This document shows, one piece after another, positions 25,767-35,761 of a stretch of DNA of 64,000 nt (position 1 is its first letter; every line of letters begins with the position of its first letter). The position numbers and the translations under genes were made by a program. The notes beneath the pieces are model-generated. The model was not told the origin of the DNA. It saw only the letters and a list, made by a program, of their open reading frames with translations, and did no database searches. Source of the stretch: a virus; IMG/VR virus record IMGVR_UViG_3300025121_000045, positions 1 to 64,000 of that record; one strand, 5' to 3'.

Positions 25767-26240
25767 ATGCAAGATGACTTAGACTTTATTGACCTTGTTC
25801 GAGGCATATATTCTAAAATAGACTCAAAGCGTATTGTAATACTATACCATGATAAAGAACTTAGCTATGCGTCTTTATTGGATGTGCATCTAGCGCCATT
25901 TAAACGCTTATGCGGAATGTACTCAGAAAAGATATTTGTATCCATGCTTACACCAGAAGTAGAAGAATATATATTAAACAGTAGCGTGATACTTATCCTA
26001 TTTGAAACTAGATTGACCTCTTCCATATCTCAAAATCTTTTGATGAGGCTAAATAAATCTGTCAAACCGAATCAAATTATATTACCTATTTTATTAAGAT
26101 CAAATCATCTTATAGAAACCACACCTTTTGCAAACACTAAAACATGTCCTTCTAAGCCTGTAGAAAAATGGCGAAGTAAAGACGAAGCTTTTGTAGAAAT
26201 TGTAAGGACAGTTAGGTATTTAACAGAATCTCGAACTTGA
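25767..26240 (+). CDS. degenerate TIR-like domain protein
   Basis: ILY..KE..Y...L..HLA, ILNSSVILIL, ILPILLR....TPF......KPV.KW..KDEAF.EIV. Confidence 0.65.
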   Translation: MQDDLDFIDLVRGIYSKIDSKRIVILYHDKELSYASLLDVHLAPFKRLCGMYSEKIFVSMLTPEVEEYILNSSVILILFETRLTSSISQNLLMRLNKSVKPNQIILPILLRSNHLIETTPFANTKTCPSKPVEKWRSKDEAFVEIVRTVRYLTESRT

Positions 26241-26292
26241 CTACATGCCCGTATTGTATGTTTCATAGTAAACATCCATATAAGGATCTATC

Positions 26293-27432
26293 ATGGAATT
26301 TTTCACATCTAGAGAAAATGCAGCTTGGGTTAAAAAGCTTCAAGAAGCAGACATAGCTCAACCAGGGGATACTTGGAATACTAATTGGAATAGAAAGTCT
26401 GCGATTCAAGCTCAATGGAGAGCAGAAAAACTTAAAAGAATGTCTCAGTATCCTACTTACATTGTCCGGTATTTCGTAGTAGAGGTAGGGGAAGCTTTAA
26501 CAGGTAACCGTAAAGTAATTTATGATGAAGACATTTGGGAAGACATACATACATCACTCTCAGAAGATGCAGACCCTGACCTAATAATGTTGTTTAGACA
26601 AAATACAGATAAGAGTGAGGTAGGGTGCGGATTTCAAGATAGGTATGAAGCAGTAAACACCCCTCAAGTAAGATGGACCGTACATACGTTATTATCAAGC
26701 CTTGCCGTGATACCAAGGTCATGGGGACGTAGTGCTACTCTTAGGTTTTGGAGGGGGATAGGTAAACAAGCTAAGTTTGGGACAAAATACCCTGGCTTTG
26801 GAGTATTGTCTGCCGACAACGGCTGGACTACTAGAGAAGCGGACGCTATATCCTATGTCTTTTGCAAAGGGGACGTAGGTTCTCTTCTAATGGAAGATTG
26901 TTCGGATGATCAAGTCGATGCCGTTAACCGAGATGAAGATGTAGAATATGGGGTAGAATTCGTAGCTACCCGTAAAGAGCGAGACGATGCTTTCATCAAA
27001 ATGCTTTTAGGTCTTCTTGAAAAAGAAGGTTTAGACGCACCAGCACCACCTCCCAAGAAAGAAGTGAAAGAGTACGTCAAAAAGACTTTGACGGTTGGTC
27101 AAGTTATAGAACAGAAACATCTTAAAGATTTGTCTGAAGGTGATCTTTTAAGATGGACTGTGTTAGATAGGTATTCCAAAAAAGGGCATCTCGTTTATAG
27201 AGTATATGAGTTAATGTTTGTAAGTCGTAGTACAGGTAAGATTCAATATAGACCTATATGTAAAAATAAAGCTTTTGCTATACTAGAAGGTTCTTCTTCT
27301 AGATTATACGGCTATATAGGTGGAGGAAAAGAAGGAAAAGCGGAGTATCTTGGAAAGTTTTCAGGAGATATAGTAGACGTAGAAGTTAAATGGGAACCAG
27401 TAACAACACGTTCGGAGAAGATTAATGAGTGA
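26293..27432 (+). CDS. hypothetical protein
   Basis: 379 aa ORF, AAGGA SD. Confidence 0.75.
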   Translation: MEFFTSRENAAWVKKLQEADIAQPGDTWNTNWNRKSAIQAQWRAEKLKRMSQYPTYIVRYFVVEVGEALTGNRKVIYDEDIWEDIHTSLSEDADPDLIMLFRQNTDKSEVGCGFQDRYEAVNTPQVRWTVHTLLSSLAVIPRSWGRSATLRFWRGIGKQAKFGTKYPGFGVLSADNGWTTREADAISYVFCKGDVGSLLMEDCSDDQVDAVNRDEDVEYGVEFVATRKERDDAFIKMLLGLLEKEGLDAPAPPPKKEVKEYVKKTLTVGQVIEQKHLKDLSEGDLLRWTVLDRYSKKGHLVYRVYELMFVSRSTGKIQYRPICKNKAFAILEGSSSRLYGYIGGGKEGKAEYLGKFSGDIVDVEVKWEPVTTRSEKINE

Positions 27433-27607
27433 CACAATAGAAAAAGTAGAAACCTGTACACATAAGCATCATGGAATTCATTCTATGATGCCTTTTAATT
27501 GGAAATCTAAGATATATTGTACAGCTATAGCTATTCCAGGATTAGGATTCATCCTTCATTGGACAATACATATCTTATCAAATTTGTTTGGTTTGCCTTG
27601 TCCTTAA
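27425..27607 (+). CDS. small membrane protein
   Basis: One TM segment. Confidence 0.55.
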   Translation: MSDTIEKVETCTHKHHGIHSMMPFNWKSKIYCTAIAIPGLGFILHWTIHILSNLFGLPCP

Positions 27608-27699
27608 ACTTACTTGAAATAAGTGGTTAAGTATGAGAAAAAGGCAGTATTAATAGTATTTCTATTTGTTCTATGGGCTTAGAACACTTCCTTAAAAGT

Positions 27700-27936
27700 C
27701 TAATTCAATATTTCTCTTAGATCTACATACCCTCCGGTAGGTGGCTCCAAATCTAATTCTGAAAATCTTCTAGAGAATACAGCAAAAATTTTATGGATGT
27801 GGTCAGCTTTATACCCCTCTGACTCTAATTGTCTAACAAAATTAATGGTATTCATAGACCTAGATTTATTCCATAGATCCTCTGGGGTCAATTCTCTAAC
27901 GTATAAGTCCCATTCTTGTAATGTGATTGGTTTCAT
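27700..27936 (-). CDS. hypothetical protein
   Basis: GAGG SD; minus-strand operon. Confidence 0.65.
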   Translation of the reverse strand: MKPITLQEWDLYVRELTPEDLWNKSRSMNTINFVRQLESEGYKADHIHKIFAVFSRRFSELDLEPPTGGYVDLREILN

Positions 27937-27946
27937 TTATATTTCC

Positions 27947-28219
27947 TCAAAAAAGATCAGGTGATTGGTACTCTGAAAAACTCCATTGAGCTAACTTTAT
28001 TTTAGTTTTAATTTCTTTCAAATCTTTTCCAAGCATTTCAAAACTTTTTCTTTCTAAGTCTCCATAATCTCTGTAACCTGACCTATTAATAGCATCAAAA
28101 CGTTTTTCATATTCTTCTAATTTGTCAGACGTGTCTCTCAAAGCCAAAAAAACCTCGAAAGATAAATCATAGCCTGGAGACCTTTTACCATTTGTTGTAA
28201 AACCATCCTTATAAATCAT
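27947..28219 (-). CDS. hypothetical protein
   Basis: ATGA overlap with helicase. Confidence 0.6.
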   Translation of the reverse strand: MIYKDGFTTNGKRSPGYDLSFEVFLALRDTSDKLEEYEKRFDAINRSGYRDYGDLERKSFEMLGKDLKEIKTKIKLAQWSFSEYQSPDLF

Positions 28220-31200
28220 GCAGCTTCCTCATATTCTGTTTCTCCTATCCGACATGGATTAGGACTCATAGTTAATTCCATAAGTTTTCTATTCAAACCT
28301 GTATAATAGGAAGACACCCAAGTCATTTCTCTAATCTCTTTTCCAAGAGCCTCTGTTTGGCTCTCTATTACAACAGAGTCAAACAGATCCTCTTCAAGCT
28401 CCTGCATCCATCTTCTAATCTCGTCTAAGGTGGCATCTGTTTGATCTTCTACTTCATTATAAACGGCGTCTAAAGTATATTCTTTAACACTTTGAGACTG
28501 GCCTTGTCTCCAACATCTACCGGTACGTTGTTTCATTACCTCAGCGTTCCAAGTATCTCTATCAAGATTTATAGTAGTATCAAATGCTTGAAGATTTTGG
28601 CCTACCGCATAGGTAGCCGTTAAGATACATGCTATAACGTTTGGATCCGGACATATGATTCTCGATAGCACATATGTCTTCCATTCTTCAGCGGGATAAG
28701 TTTTGCCATCAAGATCAGTGTACTCTTTAGGTCTATAAGTTTTGTACGCTTTACCATTTTGGTACAATACGATCTCTGTAGGGTAGCAGACTGCTATAAT
28801 TTTCATAGAGAAACGTTGTGACAGCCTTGGAGCAACATGTCCCGCAAAGCTAGGCGTATCAGTGTGCAATAAAGATCTCGATCCTTTGTCAACCTGTTCA
28901 TCAATTATGTTGATGCATTCTTGGACCTTTGGGTTAACTATAGGACCTTGACTTCTTTCCTCCGGAGTCAGACTCGATTCAATAGTCTCTGGAGTATTAG
29001 CTAAATCATTCAAGGTTTTCAACACAGCCGCAAAGCGTATCCTGAAAGCTTCTAAATCATTTCTCTTAGCTTGTGGATCGTCCCATGCCCTATCTCTATA
29101 TTTAATGACTAATGCTTTGAGGACATCACTTATCTTTTGTGTTACTTCTCTATATCTCTTCTCTACACGAGGATCCATAGTAACTGTCTTGGTAGTAGAC
29201 TTTAGATCCGGAAGAGCTACTTCTTCTACATCTCTCTTGTCTGCATAGAATAAATTCCTCTTAACCCATACTCTAAACTCTCTTAGTATGATAGGATCGT
29301 TTTTGATGCCTACTACACGTCCACCAACTATCTCACAGAATCTACTCTTAAACTCTTGTAAAGATTTTCTGCCTTGTGGAGTATTAAGGTTTACATTATT
29401 GGATACGGCAGCTAAAGTGAATACTTCTACAGGGTTTCTTGTCATAGGCGAAGCTGTTAGAAGTATTTTTCTAGAATGTTTCAAACTCATGGCTGCTTGA
29501 GTTACTCCTGAGTCAACATTCTTGAATTTTTGAGCTTCATCAAAGAAAATAGCTACGTAATCTTCTCCATATTTAGGATCTCTATCTCTATATTGAGTAA
29601 ACTTACGATAAGTAATGATGTCTGTTACTTTCAACACTTCAGACGGGTCTTCGCAAAACTTATGTATTTCTTTGGGTAAATTACCTATTAAGGATGTGTC
29701 ACATACGAATAGGAAACGTCCATTATTATCAGGTTCCGAATCTATTCCATCTCTCTTTAATTTCTTTATCATTGCTATAGCAGAAAGAGTTTTCCCTATT
29801 CCCACGTCTAAAGCACAGACTCCATTATTGCCTCTGGATTCCATCCATGCCAAAGCTTGTTTTTGTTTTATTAGGAGTGTTACTCCTGGTCTAAACCCTC
29901 CAATGGCATCCGTTGTGTAATTCTTTAAGTTTTCCTTTTCGGTAGCTAGGTCAAACTCAGCCAGTTTCAAGAAATATTCTCGAATCTTATCTATAGCTGC
30001 CTTGGACATGGAAAAACTTCCTAAAGCTTGTCTAACAGCCGCAAAGTCTTTTGGGTCAAATCTAAAGCTAGAGCTACGACTATTAGAAACCTTTTCTACG
30101 GTACTTATTTGACCCGCTAAATTACTCAAGGCTTGACGGAATAGAGTATATTTTTGAGTAGAAGGAATCTTGATATATAATTTTCCATTCTGGTCTAGAG
30201 TGACATAAGGCTCTCTATTCACTCGGACATTTGGATTTCCGTCTTGACTTTTTATTTCTATTTTTGTAGTGAGCTGCGTATCAGGATCAAAATTGAATGC
30301 AACACCTTCTATTTGTCTACCCGCGTCATTAACCAAGTCATCAACAACAAAACCTTTGAATCTGCCCTCAGAAACAACACGTTCTCCATTTATTTCTATA
30401 GTAGGATAGATACGTGTTATACCATGTTGTTTAGCTTTGTCATCTGTTATAGCTACGTAGAGAGGTGTTTGACCTTGAGATTTTTCCGTTACGTCAGATT
30501 CTGAATATCTTCTTATTTCATTAAGATCAGTAGGGAAAATTCGTAAAGACTTTTTCTCTGCTTGTTGTTTTTCTTTCAAGTAAGAAGTAAAAGATTCATT
30601 GTCTTGAGATGTTACCATACCTGTGTTCTTATCACGGTAATAGATTATTTTGTCACCAGTCTCTGTAGTAGCAGACCAAAATAATTGTCCAAATCTTTTG
30701 GTTCTAACCGGCTCATACCCGTCAGATTTTATTTTGGATTGAATTTTTCTTTCTTCTTCCTGTAAAATCTCTTTTTGTTGGACTATTGTTTCATAGGCGG
30801 AAGGATCATCTCGTTTTAACCGCAATAAACTTTCTTCTTGATCCGTAACACTTCTAAAGAATTTCCAACTTCCTATACCTCTTTCCATACCTTTTAAGAA
30901 TACGTCTTTTTCAGCGGCTACTAATTCTATCAAATTACCATACAAAACCGCAATATCAACATAATTAGCTCTAGAAACATGTTCATTATCTACTCTTCTT
31001 AAGAGTAGAAGTAGATCCGCAGATATAGCTTTGAACTTATTCTTAGCATTTTCAGAAGTTAGTCCAGTATATATAATTCTACGCAAATTTCTAAACGCGT
31101 CTTCAAAACTATAACCTGGACTAAAAGTCTCATCTGACCATTTAGATTTCAAATGTTCATACATCGTAAAAAAGGGAAGTCTTCTAGGTCCTTGAGAGGA

Positions 31201-31299
31201 CCTAAGTTTAGACCAAACTGTTTCCGAAAATTGAGAAAACAGTGACACAAGGACACCATTTGTATTGTCTTTAATTCTTGCGGCAGATATATACGGCAT
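28216..31299 (-). CDS. SNF2-family (SF2) helicase/ATPase
   Basis: ALDVGIGKT, FFDEAQKFKN, LLTASP..RNP.E, GQNLQ, W....KQRTGRCWRQGQ. Confidence 0.9.
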   Translation of the reverse strand: MPYISAARIKDNTNGVLVSLFSQFSETVWSKLRSSQGPRRLPFFTMYEHLKSKWSDETFSPGYSFEDAFRNLRRIIYTGLTSENAKNKFKAISADLLLLLRRVDNEHVSRANYVDIAVLYGNLIELVAAEKDVFLKGMERGIGSWKFFRSVTDQEESLLRLKRDDPSAYETIVQQKEILQEEERKIQSKIKSDGYEPVRTKRFGQLFWSATTETGDKIIYYRDKNTGMVTSQDNESFTSYLKEKQQAEKKSLRIFPTDLNEIRRYSESDVTEKSQGQTPLYVAITDDKAKQHGITRIYPTIEINGERVVSEGRFKGFVVDDLVNDAGRQIEGVAFNFDPDTQLTTKIEIKSQDGNPNVRVNREPYVTLDQNGKLYIKIPSTQKYTLFRQALSNLAGQISTVEKVSNSRSSSFRFDPKDFAAVRQALGSFSMSKAAIDKIREYFLKLAEFDLATEKENLKNYTTDAIGGFRPGVTLLIKQKQALAWMESRGNNGVCALDVGIGKTLSAIAMIKKLKRDGIDSEPDNNGRFLFVCDTSLIGNLPKEIHKFCEDPSEVLKVTDIITYRKFTQYRDRDPKYGEDYVAIFFDEAQKFKNVDSGVTQAAMSLKHSRKILLTASPMTRNPVEVFTLAAVSNNVNLNTPQGRKSLQEFKSRFCEIVGGRVVGIKNDPIILREFRVWVKRNLFYADKRDVEEVALPDLKSTTKTVTMDPRVEKRYREVTQKISDVLKALVIKYRDRAWDDPQAKRNDLEAFRIRFAAVLKTLNDLANTPETIESSLTPEERSQGPIVNPKVQECINIIDEQVDKGSRSLLHTDTPSFAGHVAPRLSQRFSMKIIAVCYPTEIVLYQNGKAYKTYRPKEYTDLDGKTYPAEEWKTYVLSRIICPDPNVIACILTATYAVGQNLQAFDTTINLDRDTWNAEVMKQRTGRCWRQGQSQSVKEYTLDAVYNEVEDQTDATLDEIRRWMQELEEDLFDSVVIESQTEALGKEIREMTWVSSYYTGLNRKLMELTMSPNPCRIGETEYEEAA

Positions 31300-31523
31300 G
31301 TTATTACTCCTGATTTTCTTATCACAATCACAAAAAGAATATGTTTACGATAGGGAGTTTTGTATTTACCCGAATAGCCCTAAACGAATGTTTATCTTGA
31401 TGCAAAATTTTTAGACAAAATGTATTTTTTATCTGACTTTCTGAATTGTGGGTCCGTTGGGTTTATAACAACGGGCAAAAAGGTAAGCCCATCAAAACCA
31501 ACTAATAGAAAAGGGTACTGTAA

Positions 31524-32264
31524 ATGAATGCTAATGCATCTTCTGACGTTCGTAATGCCATCACGAGTTTTGTTGCAGCCAATACGACCTTCACCAGCGG
31601 CCATGTGACCGCAGCGGTTCGTAATGCCGGGACCGAGGCTGGCACCCTGAGCCACAGCGACATCGGAACGGAGGTTCGGGGGTTTTGGAACAACGAGAGC
31701 ACCACACTGTTTCCGAACTATAGCCGCACCCTCGTGTATGCAGGAGGAGACCAGGTTTATGCGTACCACCCGGTTTCGGATGACCCGAACAGCGTGGACT
31801 TGTCGGTACGTCCTTGGCCGCGACGGGTAGACCGTAGCAATTTCTCGGGAAACACGACCACTACGGCTCCGGCTTCAGCCCCTCGGCGCACCGTGACCCG
31901 TACCGCACCTGCACCCGCAACAGTGCTTGCGGCATCTGATCTCTACAACGGCGGGAAGGATGCCAGTGACGGCGACACCTTCAAGGTGCCGTATAACGCA
32001 GACGGTTATGCGCAGATCCCACGCCCGGTTACCCGCCTCCTCGGCTTCGATCCGGGTGCCGGAGTTGTGTTGGAGGGTACGGCCCTCAGCAATACCGTTA
32101 CCCTTCGGGCGGCTCGTAACGGCGAGACCCCGGTTGCGCGCCTCCAGCCCGCAAACGGCCAGCTTCGGCTCCGTGACCGTGATCTTATGACCTACGGGGT
32201 TGGAAACGGTAACGACCTCGTGGTGACCGTGAATGCCTTGGAAAATACCCTGACCTTGACCTGA
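31524..32264 (+). CDS. GC-rich gene for protein with two AbrB/SpoVT-like repeats
   Basis: YNADGYAQIPRPV.RLLGF.PG..V and PANGQLRL...L..YGV..G..LVV; promoter motif at 31431-31458. Confidence 0.65.
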   Translation: MNANASSDVRNAITSFVAANTTFTSGHVTAAVRNAGTEAGTLSHSDIGTEVRGFWNNESTTLFPNYSRTLVYAGGDQVYAYHPVSDDPNSVDLSVRPWPRRVDRSNFSGNTTTTAPASAPRRTVTRTAPAPATVLAASDLYNGGKDASDGDTFKVPYNADGYAQIPRPVTRLLGFDPGAGVVLEGTALSNTVTLRAARNGETPVARLQPANGQLRLRDRDLMTYGVGNGNDLVVTVNALENTLTLT

Positions 32265-32294
32265 TTATAGGGACCGAGGGCAATTAAACCGAAG

Positions 32295-32327
32295 GGTACA
32301 GCCCTCTTGTAATAAGAGGGCTGTACC
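32295..32327 (+). terminator. 14-bp hairpin, probable terminator
   Basis: GGTACAGCCCTCTT-GTAAT-AAGAGGGCTGTACC followed by TGTTCTT. Confidence 0.7.
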
Positions 32328-32346
32328 TGTTCTTGGGAGTGATGTT

Positions 32347-33498
32347 TTGAGTAAGTCTAAAATTAAACCAATGGTAATTTTAAGATCGGCTACTACGCCA
32401 GATCTTTCTAAAAAAGAAACTCCACCTGACCTTCGGGGAGAAGGTCATAGATATTTTACAAAATCCTATGGGCCTAGTTCATACCCAAGAGACCCTGTAT
32501 TGGATAAGTTCCTTGGATGTATCCTTTGGGGTGCTTATGGAGATGCAGCAGGCATGCCTTTTGAAACAATAGCCCCGTTGGATATTTATAATCGAAATGG
32601 TAAAGCATGGGTGACCGGCCTTACCGCACCTAAGAACAGTTTTGCATCTTTTTTGAAACTTGGTGGCTGGACTGACGATACACAGCTTACCATTGCTCTA
32701 ATGGAAGCTTTTGTCGAGACTGGATCATGGGATATGAATGTTATAGCTAAACATCATGTTCGTTCCTTGGGTATCGGTGCTCGAGGATGGGGAGGATCCA
32801 CACGTGAGAGCGTGATGAGACTTAGAAGTGGAGTGCCTTGGAACAAGAGCGGTAAACCTGGTGGATCGGGTAATGGCATCCCAATGAAGATTGGAAGTGC
32901 TGGTCTTTATTTTGGTATGGTGTACTCAGATGAAATCAAGGCTGGGACATTCAAACTGAGCAGTCTCGCGAATATTGTTAAGAATATATCCATTATGACC
33001 CACAGAGATAGTAGGGCTGTAACAGCAGGTATCTTTCAGTCTATACTCATTGCTCTTGCAATGAACGATGTTGATCCCATGAGTAAATGGGATCAGATTA
33101 TGGATTATACTATAAAGGTTGAGAAACAACTTCCAGATATGGGGGAAACTTTATCGAGCCGACTTGAATTTATACCTGATAATCTACATCGAGATGTCGA
33201 ATATTTCGCACATCTGTACCGGACAGGATGTTATGTTATTGAGAGCTACCCGTTCTCTGTAGCATGTTATCTTAAATACCGAAAGAATGCACATGAAGGT
33301 GTGCTTGCTGCCGTAAACGCGGGAGGTGATTGTGACACCACTGCCGCTATTGTAGGCAACCTTTGTGGGGCTGAGGCCGGGATAGGAGATGACGCTATGG
33401 AACTGGTAAAAGACGTTGAACAATACCATAACATAGTAGGACTAGTTAATGCATTCTACAACTCAATCCGCAACGGAATGCAGCTTCAAACCCCTTGA
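32347..33498 (+). CDS. ADP-ribosylglycohydrolase (ARH/DraG family)
   Basis: GAYGDAAGMPFE, WTDDTQL, GNG..M, TH, AVNAGGDCDTTAAIVG.L.GA. Confidence 0.93.
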   Translation: MSKSKIKPMVILRSATTPDLSKKETPPDLRGEGHRYFTKSYGPSSYPRDPVLDKFLGCILWGAYGDAAGMPFETIAPLDIYNRNGKAWVTGLTAPKNSFASFLKLGGWTDDTQLTIALMEAFVETGSWDMNVIAKHHVRSLGIGARGWGGSTRESVMRLRSGVPWNKSGKPGGSGNGIPMKIGSAGLYFGMVYSDEIKAGTFKLSSLANIVKNISIMTHRDSRAVTAGIFQSILIALAMNDVDPMSKWDQIMDYTIKVEKQLPDMGETLSSRLEFIPDNLHRDVEYFAHLYRTGCYVIESYPFSVACYLKYRKNAHEGVLAAVNAGGDCDTTAAIVGNLCGAEAGIGDDAMELVKDVEQYHNIVGLVNAFYNSIRNGMQLQTP

Positions 33499-33763
33499 AA
33501 GCTGCAACGGCAGACAACTTCGCTCGTACTTCAAAAATACCCCTCAAGAATTAAATATCTGTAGACAATGTCGAACAAAATATGGAGTTATATTCTCTGC
33601 AGATGCCGCAGCAGATGGAGCGGATGTAGAAAATATGTTTCGGGATATAATGGCTAAACTAGCCACCGCTAAAAGAACTTAAGATAAATGTAAACTCCTT
33701 TCTAACAGACTTTACAACATCCATGTTAGAAGTAGTCAATATATACAGAAAAGGGGACAAAGC

Positions 33764-35737
33764 ATGTACAGACAAGGCATGAATATCACTCATATGCACG
33801 TTTTCGTAAACGGTGAAGGCCGTGAATTTGAATTCAATGTTCTGGACGTAGAGGAACATCCGACGGAAGCACAATTAAAGACTGCTTGTGAGATATATCT
33901 TAACCTAGAGTCGGGTCTACTTAGAAATTTTCAAGTAGAGGGATATGAAGCTTCTGGACTTGTAGTATTACGTCCGGATTCTGTACTGGGCAAAGAAGAT
34001 GAATATACTGTTAGAGCACGTATATTTGACTCTCTTATCAACTGTCCCCATAGAGAGATGGGAGATGTCCTTGCTTTGCACGAATTGATGTGTGAAGAAG
34101 ACCCAGAGTTCTACGCCCATATGGCAGTATGGGCTATGAAGAACACAAAGGTTAGAGACCATAAGGAAGCATTTTTGACTGTGCTATTTGGGTCTAAACA
34201 TGCTCTTCTAAGAGATACAGCTTTTGCAATGATCCAAGATTTCCCAGCATACCAAGTTGCTCGTATACGATCACATATGGCTGGGGCTTGGAAAGCTTTG
34301 GAAATACGAGTTAAGAAAGATTCATCTGCTCCTGAAAAGAAACGAGCGGTAGAGTTAAAACTTCTAAAGAAGGCTTTGATTGAAGTCCATGAAGCTAACG
34401 GAGACCTTACTAATATTTTAGATAAAGTCCGTACTTTCTTCAAGCTAAATAAAGACGTTCAAGTTAGAACTCGTTTTTATAGGCAAAAAGGAAAGAACAA
34501 AGAAGGAGCTTGGACTAAATTCAATAGGGTCAAAATAGAAGCTTTCCAAAAAGGCCTTCGGAAAAAGGCACCAAAAGACATGAAGGAAGCAGTACGTGTT
34601 TTCCTTAAAAGATTGGAAGGGTCCAAATCTTTTGATTATGTTTGTGTAAGACAGTTCAACGCTTTGAAAGATTTGTATGCTTCTTTCCACATAGCGCCTT
34701 CCACCTTGGCAGACTTGGTTTTATTCAAAGACACCCCTCCAGAAGGGACTATGCGCTATGAGATGAAGGCTATAGCAAAATTAAGAGATCCTCTGGAATG
34801 GGCAACGAGAGTAGTAGCTGCGGATATACCATTTTCCATTGCAGCAGGTTTGAGTCCTATCAAACTTACTCCGGTTCACCTTGTGGCACTCATCAATCAA
34901 ATGAGTGCTCAAGAGCTTTTGAACAATTTAGGGGCTCTTGAAGAACGAGGAGCAATGGAAAATGCAGAGGTAAAAACCTTAATCAACACAAAGTTGAAGA
35001 AGGCTAAAACTTCTGATAAAGTAGACGCTTTGAAGGCACAAAAGGCGGTACAGGTACTGGGAGAGAAATTATCTTCCGATGTTGTAGAAAACCTGACTCA
35101 AGTAACGGATGCTCAAGTGTCTAGGACTGTTGCTATCAAGCGTAGGACCATATTGGCTATAGATGCTTCTAGTTCTATGGATCAAGCTATCGGAGTCGGT
35201 AAAGAGTTAGGGGCTATAATAGCCCCTAGCTGCAAGAGTGATTTTGCATGCGTGTCATTCAATGATATGGCAAGAGAGCACAAAGTAACTGACCCAGACA
35301 AGAAGTCTTCATGGGATGCGGCTCTTCAATTAGTACGTGCTCAAGGTCGTACTAATATGGGATCTGTAGTTAAATTCATGGAGATGAGTGGGGTTGCTTG
35401 GGAACAAGTTATTTTGGTTACGGACGAGGGCGATAATGGTACACCAAAATTCAGTGCTGCTCTAAAGGCGTATAGAGATCTTAAGAATCTTTCTGTAAAT
35501 GTTGTCATAGTGCGACTCAAATCCAATGAAAGATGGAGCCGCGTGAGTGATGAAGTAGAAAAAGGTTTGAAACATTACGACTTTGAGACAGATGTGTTTG
35601 ATTTGACTAAAGCCGATAAGATTGACTATTATAGCTTACCCAACATTTTGCCTATGTTGGCTAAAGGGTCACGTCTAGAGTTGCTTATGTCTATCATGAC
35701 CATACCACTTCCTAGCAAAGACAAATATTTGAATTAA
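33764..35737 (+). CDS. ubiquitin-like domain fused to TROVE/Ro-like + vWA protein
   Basis: N-terminal 76 aa ending LRPDSVLG; DPEFYAH.AVW...VRDHK; ELLNNL; MIDAS DASSSM, VTDE. Confidence 0.8.
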   Translation: MYRQGMNITHMHVFVNGEGREFEFNVLDVEEHPTEAQLKTACEIYLNLESGLLRNFQVEGYEASGLVVLRPDSVLGKEDEYTVRARIFDSLINCPHREMGDVLALHELMCEEDPEFYAHMAVWAMKNTKVRDHKEAFLTVLFGSKHALLRDTAFAMIQDFPAYQVARIRSHMAGAWKALEIRVKKDSSAPEKKRAVELKLLKKALIEVHEANGDLTNILDKVRTFFKLNKDVQVRTRFYRQKGKNKEGAWTKFNRVKIEAFQKGLRKKAPKDMKEAVRVFLKRLEGSKSFDYVCVRQFNALKDLYASFHIAPSTLADLVLFKDTPPEGTMRYEMKAIAKLRDPLEWATRVVAADIPFSIAAGLSPIKLTPVHLVALINQMSAQELLNNLGALEERGAMENAEVKTLINTKLKKAKTSDKVDALKAQKAVQVLGEKLSSDVVENLTQVTDAQVSRTVAIKRRTILAIDASSSMDQAIGVGKELGAIIAPSCKSDFACVSFNDMAREHKVTDPDKKSSWDAALQLVRAQGRTNMGSVVKFMEMSGVAWEQVILVTDEGDNGTPKFSAALKAYRDLKNLSVNVVIVRLKSNERWSRVSDEVEKGLKHYDFETDVFDLTKADKIDYYSLPNILPMLAKGSRLELLMSIMTIPLPSKDKYLN

Positions 35738-35761
35738 CCCTCCTCCTATGAGGATTGAAAA

